DNA of 64,000 nucleotides, from assembly GCA_963845145.1 (NCBI GenBank), contig CAWJQU010000005.1, forward strand, positions 768,001 through 832,000, read 5' to 3'. The notes beneath the pieces are model-generated. The model made no database searches. It saw only the letters and a program-made list of their open reading frames with translations, and was not told the origin of the DNA. The DNA comes from an uncultured delta proteobacterium. GTDB taxonomy: Bacteria > Desulfobacterota > Desulfobacteria > Desulfobacterales > QNYZ01. The position numbers were made by a program, and so were the translations under genes. Shown here piece after piece: positions 40,083-50,235 of the stretch. The first letter of the stretch is position 1; the number at the start of each line of letters is the position of its first letter.

Positions 40083-41714
40083 TTACCCATTTCGGCTTTC
40101 CTTTTCACGCAACGCCTTCCTGATAACTTTTCCGGTAGCGGTCATGGGCAAGTCCAGCACAAATTCAATCTCACGCGGGTACTCATGGGCAGCCAAATTG
40201 TGACGGACGAAATGCTTGATCTCATTTTCGATGGCACCATCACCCGCCATATTTTCCTTTAGGACGATAAAGGCCTTGATAATTTCCGTACGCACAGGAT
40301 CTGGTTTTCCAACGACCGCGGCCAGCGCTACCGCAGGGTGTCGAATGAGGCAATCTTCGATCTCGCCCGGGCCGATACGGTACCCGGCGCTGGTGATCAG
40401 ATCATCGTCCCGGCCGACAAACCAGAGATATCCGTCATTATCTTTGGTTCCGACATCGCCGGTCAGGCACCAGTCACCGATAAACTTGTCTTTTGTGGCT
40501 TTTGGGTTTTGCCAGTATTCGAGAAACATGACCGGGTTGGGTCTGAGAGCGGCAATGTTTCCCGGTGTATCGGGAGGAACCACAACGCCTTCATCGTCGA
40601 CGATTTCCACACGAAACCCGGGAACGGGACGCCCCATCGATCCGGGACGAACAGCCATAACCTCAGCACAATTGGCGACCATCAGATTAAATTCCGTTTG
40701 CCCATAGAATTCGTTGATCGCGACCTTCAGGGCAGATTGCCCCCAAGCAAACAATTCGGCGCCCAAGGTCTCGCCGGCACTGGCAATGCTTCGCAATGAA
40801 AATGAATACTTAGAACGCGTAGCATCCGAGACCTGACGCATGAGCTTCAAGGCTGTGGGCGGTAAAAAGGTGTTACGGATTTGGTGCTTGGCCATGAGAT
40901 GAAACGCGAATTCAGGATCAAATTTCCTGGCCCGATAGGCCACCACCGGTATGCCGTGGTGCCAGCTGGGAAAGAGCACGTCGATGAGCCCCCCGATCCA
41001 GGCCCAATCCGCCGGCGTCCAGAAAACATCCCCCTTTTGAGGAAAAAAATTTTGGGGAAATTCCACCCCCGGCAGATGGCCCAGCAGGGTTCGATGGGCA
41101 TGTAAGGCACCCTTGGGTGGACCCGTAGTACCGGAAGTATAGATAATCAAAGCCGGATCGTCGGCCCGGGTTTTAACCGGGGTAAAATCGGAAGCCCCTT
41201 TGGCCAGCGCATCCCAAAAATCGACGGTACCGCTTTCGGTAGGACCGTCGATAACGAAAATTGTTGCCAGGTGGGGTAATTCTCCGACGATCTCAGTTAT
41301 TTTAGGAAGACTTTTTGTGTCGGTCACGAGGCATCGTGTGCCACTGTTTTCCAGCCGATATTTCAGGGCGTCAGGACCAAATAAGGTAAACAACGGTATG
41401 GCGATACCGCCGATTTTATAGGTGGCGATGTGGGCAATGGCGGTTTCAGGGCTTTGGGGGAGCAAAATACTGACCCGGTCTCCCCGCTCTATACCGGAGG
41501 CGATCAAAACATTCGCGAATTGATTGGACCATTTTATGAAATCACCAAAGGTGTAAGTCTTTACCTCACCATCTTCTGTTTCGTAAATCAACGCCGTGCG
41601 ATTTTTTACGGCGGCATGTTTGTCGCAAATATCCACGCCAATATTGTAGTACTCGGGGATATGCCAGGCGAAAGACTCACAGACCGCCCGGTAAGAATTG
41701 GCTTTGGTTAGCAT
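40083..41714 (-). CDS. Short/medium-chain acyl-CoA synthetase (AcsA/MACS-like)
   Basis: YTSGTTGPPKG, ADWAWIGG, FYGQTE, GYRIGP.EIE, LPMTATGK. Confidence 0.92.
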   Translation of the reverse strand: MLTKANSYRAVCESFAWHIPEYYNIGVDICDKHAAVKNRTALIYETEDGEVKTYTFGDFIKWSNQFANVLIASGIERGDRVSILLPQSPETAIAHIATYKIGGIAIPLFTLFGPDALKYRLENSGTRCLVTDTKSLPKITEIVGELPHLATIFVIDGPTESGTVDFWDALAKGASDFTPVKTRADDPALIIYTSGTTGPPKGALHAHRTLLGHLPGVEFPQNFFPQKGDVFWTPADWAWIGGLIDVLFPSWHHGIPVVAYRARKFDPEFAFHLMAKHQIRNTFLPPTALKLMRQVSDATRSKYSFSLRSIASAGETLGAELFAWGQSALKVAINEFYGQTEFNLMVANCAEVMAVRPGSMGRPVPGFRVEIVDDEGVVVPPDTPGNIAALRPNPVMFLEYWQNPKATKDKFIGDWCLTGDVGTKDNDGYLWFVGRDDDLITSAGYRIGPGEIEDCLIRHPAVALAAVVGKPDPVRTEIIKAFIVLKENMAGDGAIENEIKHFVRHNLAAHEYPREIEFVLDLPMTATGKVIRKALREKESRNG

Positions 41715-41835
41715 TGGTAGCTCCTGTTTCGGTTAGCCGGTTTGCCGGTTACGCGAACGGGCGAACCATAGTGCACCGATACACCAGATACATAATGTTT
41801 TAAACATCTACCGTGATGACGGGATTTGTACAGCA

Positions 41836-42498
41836 TCAATCTTCCCTGATAATGACCACAAGTTCTTTGGGGCCATGGACGCCGAAAACCAATGTAAACT
41901 CAATGTCCGCTGTCTTGGAGGGACCCGAAATGAGAAGTGCATTGGTGGGCATACCCTGGGACCAATTCTGTTCTTCAATGGTATCGGTAAGCGAGCTGTA
42001 AATGGTTTCGGCATCCAAAACAGCGATGTGAATGGGCGGTACCAGGGAGAGAAGACGCGGCTCCTGGGGCGTGGGCCATAGAACCAATGCACCGCGATCG
42101 GCAATGCCCCCCAGGGTCGTGGTAATACCGGCGTCAAATTCGAACAGCTCCTTTTTGAGCGATTCAACGTTTCCCCCATAAGGTTTCAAGTGAACGTCTT
42201 CAGATAAGCCCTCTTGGTAGCTTTCTTCCAACTCAGCCGCCATCGCTGTCCCGGGACCGTATAACAGCGTACCGATCTTTTTGGTCTTAATAATTTCCGT
42301 CAGCTTCGATAGCCAGGCATCCCGTTTAACCCGGTAAACTTCGGTACGCACAGCAGCCATCAGCTCGGCCAGATGAGTGACCCTTTCTTCCGGATTCAAC
42401 ACCGTCGGGGTTCCCGGCTGGACCCTTTCTGCAGATGGGGCATCGCTGAGCGCCGTCCGCAATCGGTTGTAAATTCGCGTTCGGGCGGCGTCACTCAT
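41836..42498 (-). CDS. lutC: Lactate utilisation protein C (LutC/LldG)
   Basis: PRLLSLVPPIH, ISGPSKTADIE..LVFGVHGP. Confidence 0.9.
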   Translation of the reverse strand: MSDAARTRIYNRLRTALSDAPSAERVQPGTPTVLNPEERVTHLAELMAAVRTEVYRVKRDAWLSKLTEIIKTKKIGTLLYGPGTAMAAELEESYQEGLSEDVHLKPYGGNVESLKKELFEFDAGITTTLGGIADRGALVLWPTPQEPRLLSLVPPIHIAVLDAETIYSSLTDTIEEQNWSQGMPTNALLISGPSKTADIEFTLVFGVHGPKELVVIIRED

Positions 42499-43963
42499 CT
42501 TTTACGCCTTCCTGCCGAACCAGTTCGTGAAGGGTTTTCCGGGCATATTTTGGCGCTGTCCGAATGCGGGTCCAATGTTTCAATGGCCCGACCTTTGGCA
42601 TCCGCGTTCCCATGATACCACCGGCACGTGCAACCAGTGCATTGGCCCTGGGCACGGTGTTCATCAATTTCCAGCCCTTCCATACGAACCGTTCGGTAAT
42701 GTGTTTTAGGCTTTTCGGCCCTTTTCTAAATAGAGTATCGCTTTTTTTAACATGGTCATTGCGCAGCCGTCTGAGCAATTTCGGAATTGGTATCTTTACC
42801 GGGCAAACCGCTTCACAAGCATTGCACAAGCTTGAAGCGGTGGCCAACACGCCGGCTTTTTCGAGCCCTTCCATTTGCGGAGTCAGAATTTTACCGATGG
42901 GCCCCGGATAGACAAAACCGTAAGCGTGTCCCCCCAGGCGGGTATATACCGGGCAATGGTTCAGGCAGGTGCCGCAACGGATGCACAACAACGTTTCACG
43001 AAGCTCGGGATCGGCCAGGATATTGGAGCGCCCATTATCCAGCAGGATCAAGTGAATCTCATGGGGCCCGTCCTTTTCTTCGGGCTTGCGCGGTCCGGAA
43101 ATCAGGTTCACATAGGTGGTGATGATCTGGCCGGTGGCAGACCCTGTCAACAGCCTTAAAAGCGGTGGCAAATCGGCCAGTTTTTCCACCACTTTTTCCA
43201 AACCCATCACGGCGATGTGCACGGGTGGCACCGTCGTGCACATACGACCGTTGCCCTCATTTTCCACCAGGCAGAGGGTTCCCGTTTCAGCCACGGCAAA
43301 GTTCACCCCGCTTAACCCCACTTGCGCCTCGAAAAATTTACGTCGCAACGTCCGTCGGGCGATGGCGGTTAGCGCTTCCACATCTTCGGTATAAGGTGAA
43401 CCCGGAATTTTTTCATGAAATGTCCGTGCAATCTGGTCTTTGTTCTTGTGAATCGCCGGTACGATAATGTGAGAAGGCGGCTCGTTATCCAACTGAATGA
43501 TAAATTCGCCAAGATCGCTTTCCAACGATTCGATTCCCTTTTCCTCTAAAAACTGGTTTAAGTGCATCTCTTCCGAGACCATGGATTTGCCCTTCACCAA
43601 ACGTGTGGCCTGGTGGGAACGCATAATATCCAAGACGGTCTGGTTCGCATCATCCGTTGTTTCAGCCCAATGCACGTGAATGCCGTTTTTAATCAGATTG
43701 CGTTCCAGTTTTTCCAGTAGATTCGGGAGTTGGTAGAGCGCCCGGCGTTTGATCGCCGCGCCCTCTTCCCTGAGTTTTTCGATGTCTTCCGGATCCGGAA
43801 ATACCGCCTTGCGCTTATCGATTAGGGTATCCATCGCTTTTTGCAGGTTTTGCCTGAGCTGCGAGTTAGAAAGCGCCCTGGATACATTACGCTTAAAATC
43901 AAAGGTGGCTTGATTTGCCGTTGCTTGATTAGCCGTATCTTGATTAGCCAAGGGCTGTGCCAT
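42491..43963 (-). CDS. lutB: Lactate utilisation Fe-S protein B (LutB/LldF)
   Basis: KGKSMVSEE, PSHIIVPAIH, NEGNGR, CIRCGTCLNHCP. Confidence 0.93.
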   Translation of the reverse strand: MAQPLANQDTANQATANQATFDFKRNVSRALSNSQLRQNLQKAMDTLIDKRKAVFPDPEDIEKLREEGAAIKRRALYQLPNLLEKLERNLIKNGIHVHWAETTDDANQTVLDIMRSHQATRLVKGKSMVSEEMHLNQFLEEKGIESLESDLGEFIIQLDNEPPSHIIVPAIHKNKDQIARTFHEKIPGSPYTEDVEALTAIARRTLRRKFFEAQVGLSGVNFAVAETGTLCLVENEGNGRMCTTVPPVHIAVMGLEKVVEKLADLPPLLRLLTGSATGQIITTYVNLISGPRKPEEKDGPHEIHLILLDNGRSNILADPELRETLLCIRCGTCLNHCPVYTRLGGHAYGFVYPGPIGKILTPQMEGLEKAGVLATASSLCNACEAVCPVKIPIPKLLRRLRNDHVKKSDTLFRKGPKSLKHITERFVWKGWKLMNTVPRANALVARAGGIMGTRMPKVGPLKHWTRIRTAPKYARKTLHELVRQEGVKDE

Positions 43964-44705
43964 TGATTCGCTCCCATAAAAATTGGGCCAGATGAATACC
44001 GGGGAGATTCAACCCGCGTTTATCCATGGCACCATTGATATTCATCAGACAGCCGCAATCCCCGCTGATAACCGCTTCGGCGCCGGTTTGGAGAATATCA
44101 TCGACCTTATCGGTCACCATGGCGGCGGAAATCTCCGGCTGTTTGACTGAAAAAGTTCCGCCAAAGCCACAACATTCGTTTTCCCGATTAAGCGACACAA
44201 TGGTGACGTTTTCAAGCTGTGCCAATAACGCTTTGGCATCTTCGACCACGTCCATTTCCCGCAGCGCGTGACAAGAAGAGTGCCAGGTAACCGTCATCGG
44301 TGGGCCCGTATCGTTCAGTTGAATATCAAGTTCCCGATGGAGAAATTCACCCATCTCAACGATTCTGTCGGAAAACGCTGCGATGGCCGGCGCTTCAGCC
44401 CTACCGGCAAACAACGCCGGGTAGTGGTATTTCATCATTCCGGCACATGATCCCGACGGAACGATAATCGGCAGCGGCTTGGGAAACAACCGGATCTGCT
44501 TTCGTGCCACCGCCCGAGATTCATCGGGAAAACCGGCGTTGTAGGCCGGTTGTCCACAACAGGATTGGGCCGGTGGAAAAATGACCTCTACACCGTACTT
44601 TCGGAGCAAGCGGATGGCGGCAATGCCGGCCTGGGGAAAAATCGTATCAATCAGGCAAGTGCCGAAAAAGTAAGCCGTTTGAGGGGTTGATAATTTGGCA
44701 GGCAT
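43944..44705 (-). CDS. lutA: Lactate utilisation CCG-domain protein A (LutA/LldE)
   Basis: CCGQPAYN, SGSC, HSSCH, CCGFGGTF. Confidence 0.92.
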   Translation of the reverse strand: MPAKLSTPQTAYFFGTCLIDTIFPQAGIAAIRLLRKYGVEVIFPPAQSCCGQPAYNAGFPDESRAVARKQIRLFPKPLPIIVPSGSCAGMMKYHYPALFAGRAEAPAIAAFSDRIVEMGEFLHRELDIQLNDTGPPMTVTWHSSCHALREMDVVEDAKALLAQLENVTIVSLNRENECCGFGGTFSVKQPEISAAMVTDKVDDILQTGAEAVISGDCGCLMNINGAMDKRGLNLPGIHLAQFLWERINGTALG

Positions 44706-44943
44706 GGAACCCTCCGGGTATCAGATCAACGGAAGTGGATGACCGGATTAACTCAATAATGGCTTCTTCAATGAAAACCGGCTTCGCAAGTATACTTAAA
44801 TGTTTGAAATCGTCAAAGATATTTTTTTAAGCGGTTATATGCCTGTCACATCACATTGCTTGCTGATAACCCATTTGGGTCCCATCCATTCTCGTTTGAC
44901 ACCGCACACTCTCTGTTTTTTCCATTACCCGTTTCACTTTTCA

Positions 44944-45060
44944 ATGTTCATTTGAAAACGAATGAAAAGCGATCATGATACTAACACCGTCAAACCGGCC
45001 ATAAATTAATTGACTACGGCCTGTTTAAAGTGATATAATTCGGCATTATGTTCATATGAA
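44944..45060 (+). promoter_or_regulatory. Sigma-70 promoter with two candidate DeoR/GlpR operators
   Basis: TTGACT(45010)-N18-TATAAT(45034) with TG extension; ATGTTCATTTGAA (44944) and ATGTTCATATGAA (45048). Confidence 0.6.
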
Positions 45061-45077
45061 TATTTAATCCCCTTACG

Positions 45078-45869
45078 ATGGAGACCACCGGAATGTTGAT
45101 GGGGCTCAGCGAACGACAGTCTCAAATCGCAAGGATGGTCCATGAAAATGCGTTCTTAACGGTGGAACGCCTTGCCGCCCAATTCGAAGTGACCACCCAG
45201 ACCATTCGTCGCGACATCAACTATTTGTGTGATCGCGGCATTGCCCGACGACGCCATGGCGGTGTCGAACGTCCCGTTAGAACGGGAAACGATGCCTACG
45301 CCTGGCGACAAATTGTTAATGCCGATTCAAAACAGACCATCGCCTGCGAGGTGGCCCGCCATGTACCCAACGGCGTTTCCCTGGCATTTAGTATCGGTAC
45401 CACTCCAGAAATCGTGGCGGAGGCCCTACTGGCCCATGACCACCTGCGCATACTGACAAACAACCTCAATGTCGCCATGCTTGCCTGCACAAACCCCACA
45501 TTTGAAATCACGGTCGCCGGAGGTCGGTTGCGAAACGAAGACCGGGATACCCTGGGACCCGGCATGGAAACGCTGTTCACTGCCCACAAGGTGGATATCG
45601 GCATTTACGGTGTGGCCGGCGTGGATGAAGACGGCACGCTTCTCGATTTTTATGAAGAAGAAGTTCGGGCGCGGCAAATCATCCGTGAAAACAGCCGTGA
45701 ATCCTATCTCGTCCTTGACAGTACCAAATTTGGCCGCGCCGCCCATGTCCGCGGGGGGCAGATCGGCGAAGCCACCAAAATTTTTTGCGAACGCAAACCA
45801 CCTGAAGAAATTATTACCCGGCTGGCGCTATCCGGGGCCGAACTGATTATCTGCGGAAGGACCATTTAG
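45078..45869 (+). CDS. DeoR/GlpR-family transcriptional regulator
   Basis: LAAQFEVTTQTIRRD HTH, RRHGG, IGTTPE, DSTKFGR. Confidence 0.92.
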   Translation: METTGMLMGLSERQSQIARMVHENAFLTVERLAAQFEVTTQTIRRDINYLCDRGIARRRHGGVERPVRTGNDAYAWRQIVNADSKQTIACEVARHVPNGVSLAFSIGTTPEIVAEALLAHDHLRILTNNLNVAMLACTNPTFEITVAGGRLRNEDRDTLGPGMETLFTAHKVDIGIYGVAGVDEDGTLLDFYEEEVRARQIIRENSRESYLVLDSTKFGRAAHVRGGQIGEATKIFCERKPPEEIITRLALSGAELIICGRTI

Positions 45870-45870
45870 T

Positions 45871-46900
45871 ATGAGTACCATCGAAGTCCACCACCTGATC
45901 AAAACCTGGGGAGATGTGCAAGCTGTTGCCGATGTGTCATTTACGGTTCCCCAAGGCAGCCTGACGGTTTTATTGGGCCCATCGGGGTGCGGGAAATCGA
46001 CAATCCTTCGTCTAATTGCCGGTCTTGAGGAAGTATCGTCAGGGCAAATCTCAATCGCCGGGCAAGATATCACCTTTAAAGAGGCAAACAAGCGCGGCGT
46101 TTCCATGGTTTTTCAATCTTACGCGCTCTTTCCGCATTTAAATGTACGCGAGAATATCCTCTTTGGCCTAAAGGTACGTCGCGTACCCCCGGAGACGCAA
46201 CGAAGACGGTTGGCCAACGTCGCTGAATTGGTGGGATTGGACAACCTGCTTGACCGAAAACCGGCTAAGCTGTCCGGTGGCCAGCGCCAGAGGGTGGCTT
46301 TGGCCCGGGCCATTGTTTCGGAACAACCAGTATGCCTCATGGACGAGCCCTTATCCAATCTGGACGCCAAACTCCGCGCCGAGATGCGTACCGAAATTCG
46401 CAGCCTTGCAACAGAGATTAAAGCTGACCATGGTTTACGTGACCCACGACCAGACCGAAGCCATGACCATGGCCGACCAGGTGGTATTGTTGAAAAGCGG
46501 TCGAATAGATCAAACCGGCCCGCCCCACGAGCTTTACGAGTATCCTGCAACCACCTTCGCAGCCCGTTTCATCGGTTCGCCGCCGATGAATCTCATCGAC
46601 ATCAATCTGTTGGAGGAGATTCCCACTTTCAACAAGAAATCCGCTAACACCAATAAAACCCAAGGTGGATACATTGGGGTCAGACCCGAGCATATCGCGT
46701 TAAGCCAAAATGGTCTGCCGGTTGAGGTCGATACGGTTGACTACCTGGGTTCGGAAACGGTGATGCGTCTTTACCATGGTGAGCAGCCCTTTTTTATAAA
46801 ATTAAATGGTAAAACCCGATTTAAAAAAGGCGACCGGTTGAACATCGGCTGGCCGGAAGAAGCAGTGCTCACATTCAATGCTAAGGGATTTAGAGAGTAA
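45871..46900 (+). pseudogene. Sugar/glycerol-3-phosphate ABC ATPase (UgpC-like), +1 frameshift near 46400
   Basis: GPSGCGKST, LSGGQRQR, DEPLSNLDAKLR in one frame; LQQRLKLTMVYVTHDQTEAMT continues in another. Confidence 0.85.
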
Positions 46901-46979
46901 TAGGGCGATTCGCCCTGACACCGGTTGAATTGAACATGACCGGATAATCAATCAAAATCCGAGGAGAGGGAGGAGAAAC

Positions 46980-48261
46980 ATGTTAAACCGAACAAACACG
47001 AGATGGTTGGTGGTGATAGCGGCCATCATTTGCCTGATGATGGGTACGACGGCAATGGCCAAAACGGAATTAACCATGTACTACCCGGTGGCCGTTGGTG
47101 GGCCCCTCACAAACATCGTCGACGGCATGATCGCCGACTTCATGCAACAAAACACGGACATTAAAGTAAACGCCATTTATGCCGGAAATTACAACGATGC
47201 CCGTATCAAAGCCCTGGCCGCTTTAAAATCGGGCAAACCGGCCCAGCTATCGGTGATGTTTTCCATCGACATTTACGAGCTGATCGAACAGGATGCTATC
47301 GTCGCATTTGATGATGTCGCTGAAACCGATGAAGAGAAGGCGTGGCTCAATTCATTTTACCCCACCCTGATGGAAAACGGCCGCACCGCTCGGTAAAACC
47401 TGGGGAATTCCGTTCCAACGCTCCACCATCGTCATGTACTATAACAAGGATGCCTTTAAGGCTGCCGGTCTGGACCCTGAAAAGCCACCGGCAACCTGGG
47501 ATGAATTGGCCGCCGCTGGGAAGAAATTAACCAAAGCAGACGGTTCCCAATGGGGGGCCATGATCCCTTCCACCGGTTATCCCTATTGGATGTTTGGGGC
47601 GCTGACTATGCAAAATGGGCAGGTGCTCATGAATGAGGCCGGCAACAAAACCTATTTTGATAGCCCGGCTGTCATCGAGGCATTGCAGTTTTGGCAGGAT
47701 CTCGGAACAAAACACAAAATCATGCCCGAGGGCACCATTGAATGGGGAACCCTCCGCAAGAATTTTCTGGAAGGTAAAACCGCCATCATGTGGCATTCAA
47801 CCGGCAATCTGACCAAAGTAAAGAAAGAGGCGACCTTCGATTTCGGCGTCGCCATGCTGCCGGCCAGCAAGCGTCGGGGGACGCCTACCGGTGGGGGTAA
47901 CTTCTACATCTTTAAGAAAACGACCCCCGAAGAACGCAAGGCCGCCATGACGCTGATTAAATTCATGACCAGCCCCGAACGTTCCGCGGAATGGTCCATG
48001 AAAACAGGCTACATGGGTATCAGCCAGGCCGCCTATGACACGGAAAAACTCAAAGCGTATGTCAAAGATTTTCCGTATGCCGCGGTTGCCCGGGATCAGC
48101 TTGAATTTGCCACCGCCGAGCTGTCTACCTACCAGACCGGTCGAGTGCGCAAAGCCCTGGATGATGCCATCCAGGCCGCACTGACGGGTGCCAAAACACC
48201 CGAAGCCGCGCTCAATGATGCCCAGGCCGAGGCCGTAAGGTTATTGAAACAATACCAATAG
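46980..48261 (+). pseudogene. ABC substrate-binding protein (UgpB-like), +1 frameshift near 47391
   Basis: Signal peptide and YYPVAVGG...ENGRT in one frame; GKTWGIPFQRSTIVMYYNKDAF continues in another. Confidence 0.85.
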
Positions 48262-48276
48262 AGCCCCTGATGCAAG

Positions 48277-48305
48277 CCGGGCGGGGAGTCATGCTCCTCG
48301 CCTGG
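48277..48305 (+). terminator. Hairpin after the binding-protein gene
   Basis: CCGGGCGGGGAG-TCATG-CTCCTCGCCTGG. Confidence 0.55.
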
Positions 48306-48406
48306 TATCAGTTGTTTGTACCGGAAATCGCGGAATTTATTCACGGGCATGAGATTGTCCCCGATTATTGAATTGATACACGCATCGTCGCCCTAGGATC
48401 GAAGAG

Positions 48407-49285
48407 ATGTCGAATAACCAAATGAAGCACATCTACGGCTGGCTTCTACTGACGCCGGCAGCCATCCTTTTGATCGCGTTTACCCACTATCCTACCGTCG
48501 TAACCGTTTTCGACAGTCTTTTTTCCAAAGGGACGGCGATTCGGCCGTCGCGCTTCGTGGGCTTGGCCAACTACGAGATGTTGATCGAAGATCCCATATT
48601 TTGGAAAGTCCTGGTCAATAACGCCTGGTTCGCCCTTGGGACCATTCCCACATCCATTATCCTGGCCATCCTCATGGCCCTTTTTGTCAACCGTGCGATC
48701 CCCGGACGCGCGTTTGTACGCATGGCCTATTTTACGCCGACCATCCTGCCCATGATTGCCGTTGCCAATATCTGGCTATTCTTTTACACGCCAGACATCG
48801 GTCTGATCGATCAGATAGGTAGCTGGTTCGGATTTGGCGGCCACAACTGGCTGGGGGATCCGGCAACGGTCCTGCCGGCCATTATGATCATGACGATCTG
48901 GAAGGAGGCCGGGTTTTTCATGATCTTCTACCTGGCTGCCTTGCAAAACGTGTCTCCGGAGTTAGAAGAAGCGGCACGCCTGGAGGGATCCACACGCTGG
49001 CACTATTTTCGCCGGGTCCTGTTTCCACTCCTCATGCCCACCACCCTTTTTGTGTTGATCAATGCCGTGTTAAACTCTTTCAAACTGGTCGACCACCTCT
49101 TTGTACTAACCAAGGGGGGCCCCAATAACGCCAGCAACCTGCTGCTATACTATATCTTTGAAAGTGCCTTTTCCTACTTCGATACGAATTACGCGGCAAC
49201 CCTTACGGTCATCCTGCTGGGCCTTTTAGGCATAATGGCCCTGATGCAATTCTACGTTCTTGACAAACGGGTCCACTATCGATGA
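48407..49285 (+). CDS. Carbohydrate ABC permease (UgpA-like)
   Basis: FVGLANY, EAA loop ELEEAARLEG, LTKGGP. Confidence 0.9.
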   Translation: MSNNQMKHIYGWLLLTPAAILLIAFTHYPTVVTVFDSLFSKGTAIRPSRFVGLANYEMLIEDPIFWKVLVNNAWFALGTIPTSIILAILMALFVNRAIPGRAFVRMAYFTPTILPMIAVANIWLFFYTPDIGLIDQIGSWFGFGGHNWLGDPATVLPAIMIMTIWKEAGFFMIFYLAALQNVSPELEEAARLEGSTRWHYFRRVLFPLLMPTTLFVLINAVLNSFKLVDHLFVLTKGGPNNASNLLLYYIFESAFSYFDTNYAATLTVILLGLLGIMALMQFYVLDKRVHYR

Positions 49286-50112
49286 AACCTTCCCGATCTT
49301 ACCGCTTTCATATTCAATCCGTGCTTGAGACCGGTGCCGCCTGGCTGCTGGCCGTTGTGTGGATTGCGCCGCTGGCCTATGCTTTTTGGGCTGCTTTTCA
49401 TCCCAGCGAATATGCGATCCACTTTGACCTGTTCGCACCCCTCACGCTGGACCATTTCCGTGAAGCCCTATCCCAGGCGCCTTTTGTCCGCTATGCCTTC
49501 AATACCTTCATTTTGGTGACAACGATATTAACGGCCCAGTTGATCCTTTGCACCCTTGCAGCCTATGCCTTTGCCCGCTATACGTTTTACGGAAGCGACA
49601 TCGCCTTTGCGCTGGTTCTGGTCCAATTGATGATCACACCGGAAATTCTAATTGTAGAAAATTACGGCACCCTGGCCAACTTTAACCTCATCGACACCAT
49701 TTTGGGCATCGGCCTGCCCTATATGGCAAGTGCATTCGGCATTTTTCTTTTACGCCAGGCGTTCAAATCAACGCCCAAAGAACTCGAAGACGCCGCCAGG
49801 CTTGAAGGGTGCGGCATGTTCGGTGTGCTGTGGCGGGTCTACATCCCCTTGGCCCGCCCGACATATCTGGCCTATGGGCTGGTATCCATCAGCCACCACT
49901 GGAACAATTTCTTGTGGCCCCTGGTAGTGACCAACTCCGTGGAGACACGCCCTTTAACGGTGGGTCTCGGGATCTTCGGCGCCCCCGAATCGGGTATCGA
50001 CTGGTCCATCATCTCCGCCGCTACGCTGATGTCCGTCGCACCGCTACTTATTGCATTTCTATTGTTCCAGCGCCAATTTGTCCAATCGTTTATGCATGCC
50101 GGGATTAAATAA
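49282..50112 (+). CDS. Carbohydrate ABC permease (UgpE-like)
   Basis: AAYAFAR, IFLLRQ, ELEDAARLEG, WNNFLWP. Confidence 0.9.
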   Translation: MKPSRSYRFHIQSVLETGAAWLLAVVWIAPLAYAFWAAFHPSEYAIHFDLFAPLTLDHFREALSQAPFVRYAFNTFILVTTILTAQLILCTLAAYAFARYTFYGSDIAFALVLVQLMITPEILIVENYGTLANFNLIDTILGIGLPYMASAFGIFLLRQAFKSTPKELEDAARLEGCGMFGVLWRVYIPLARPTYLAYGLVSISHHWNNFLWPLVVTNSVETRPLTVGLGIFGAPESGIDWSIISAATLMSVAPLLIAFLLFQRQFVQSFMHAGIK

Positions 50113-50235
50113 TTTCTGCCGCTTGGAAAATATGGGGAACAGGTGGACGAAAATGGGCGCCTTATCAGCGAAGATGGAAAGTAGAGCGTTTTTTCAATCC
50201 AAAGCTATATTTTAAATGAGCCTTATCTATGGGCA

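Noticed and set aside
46380..47400. Programmed ribosomal frameshifting in the Ugp-like genes
   Set aside because: No slippery sequence at either site, and I know of no precedent in this family.
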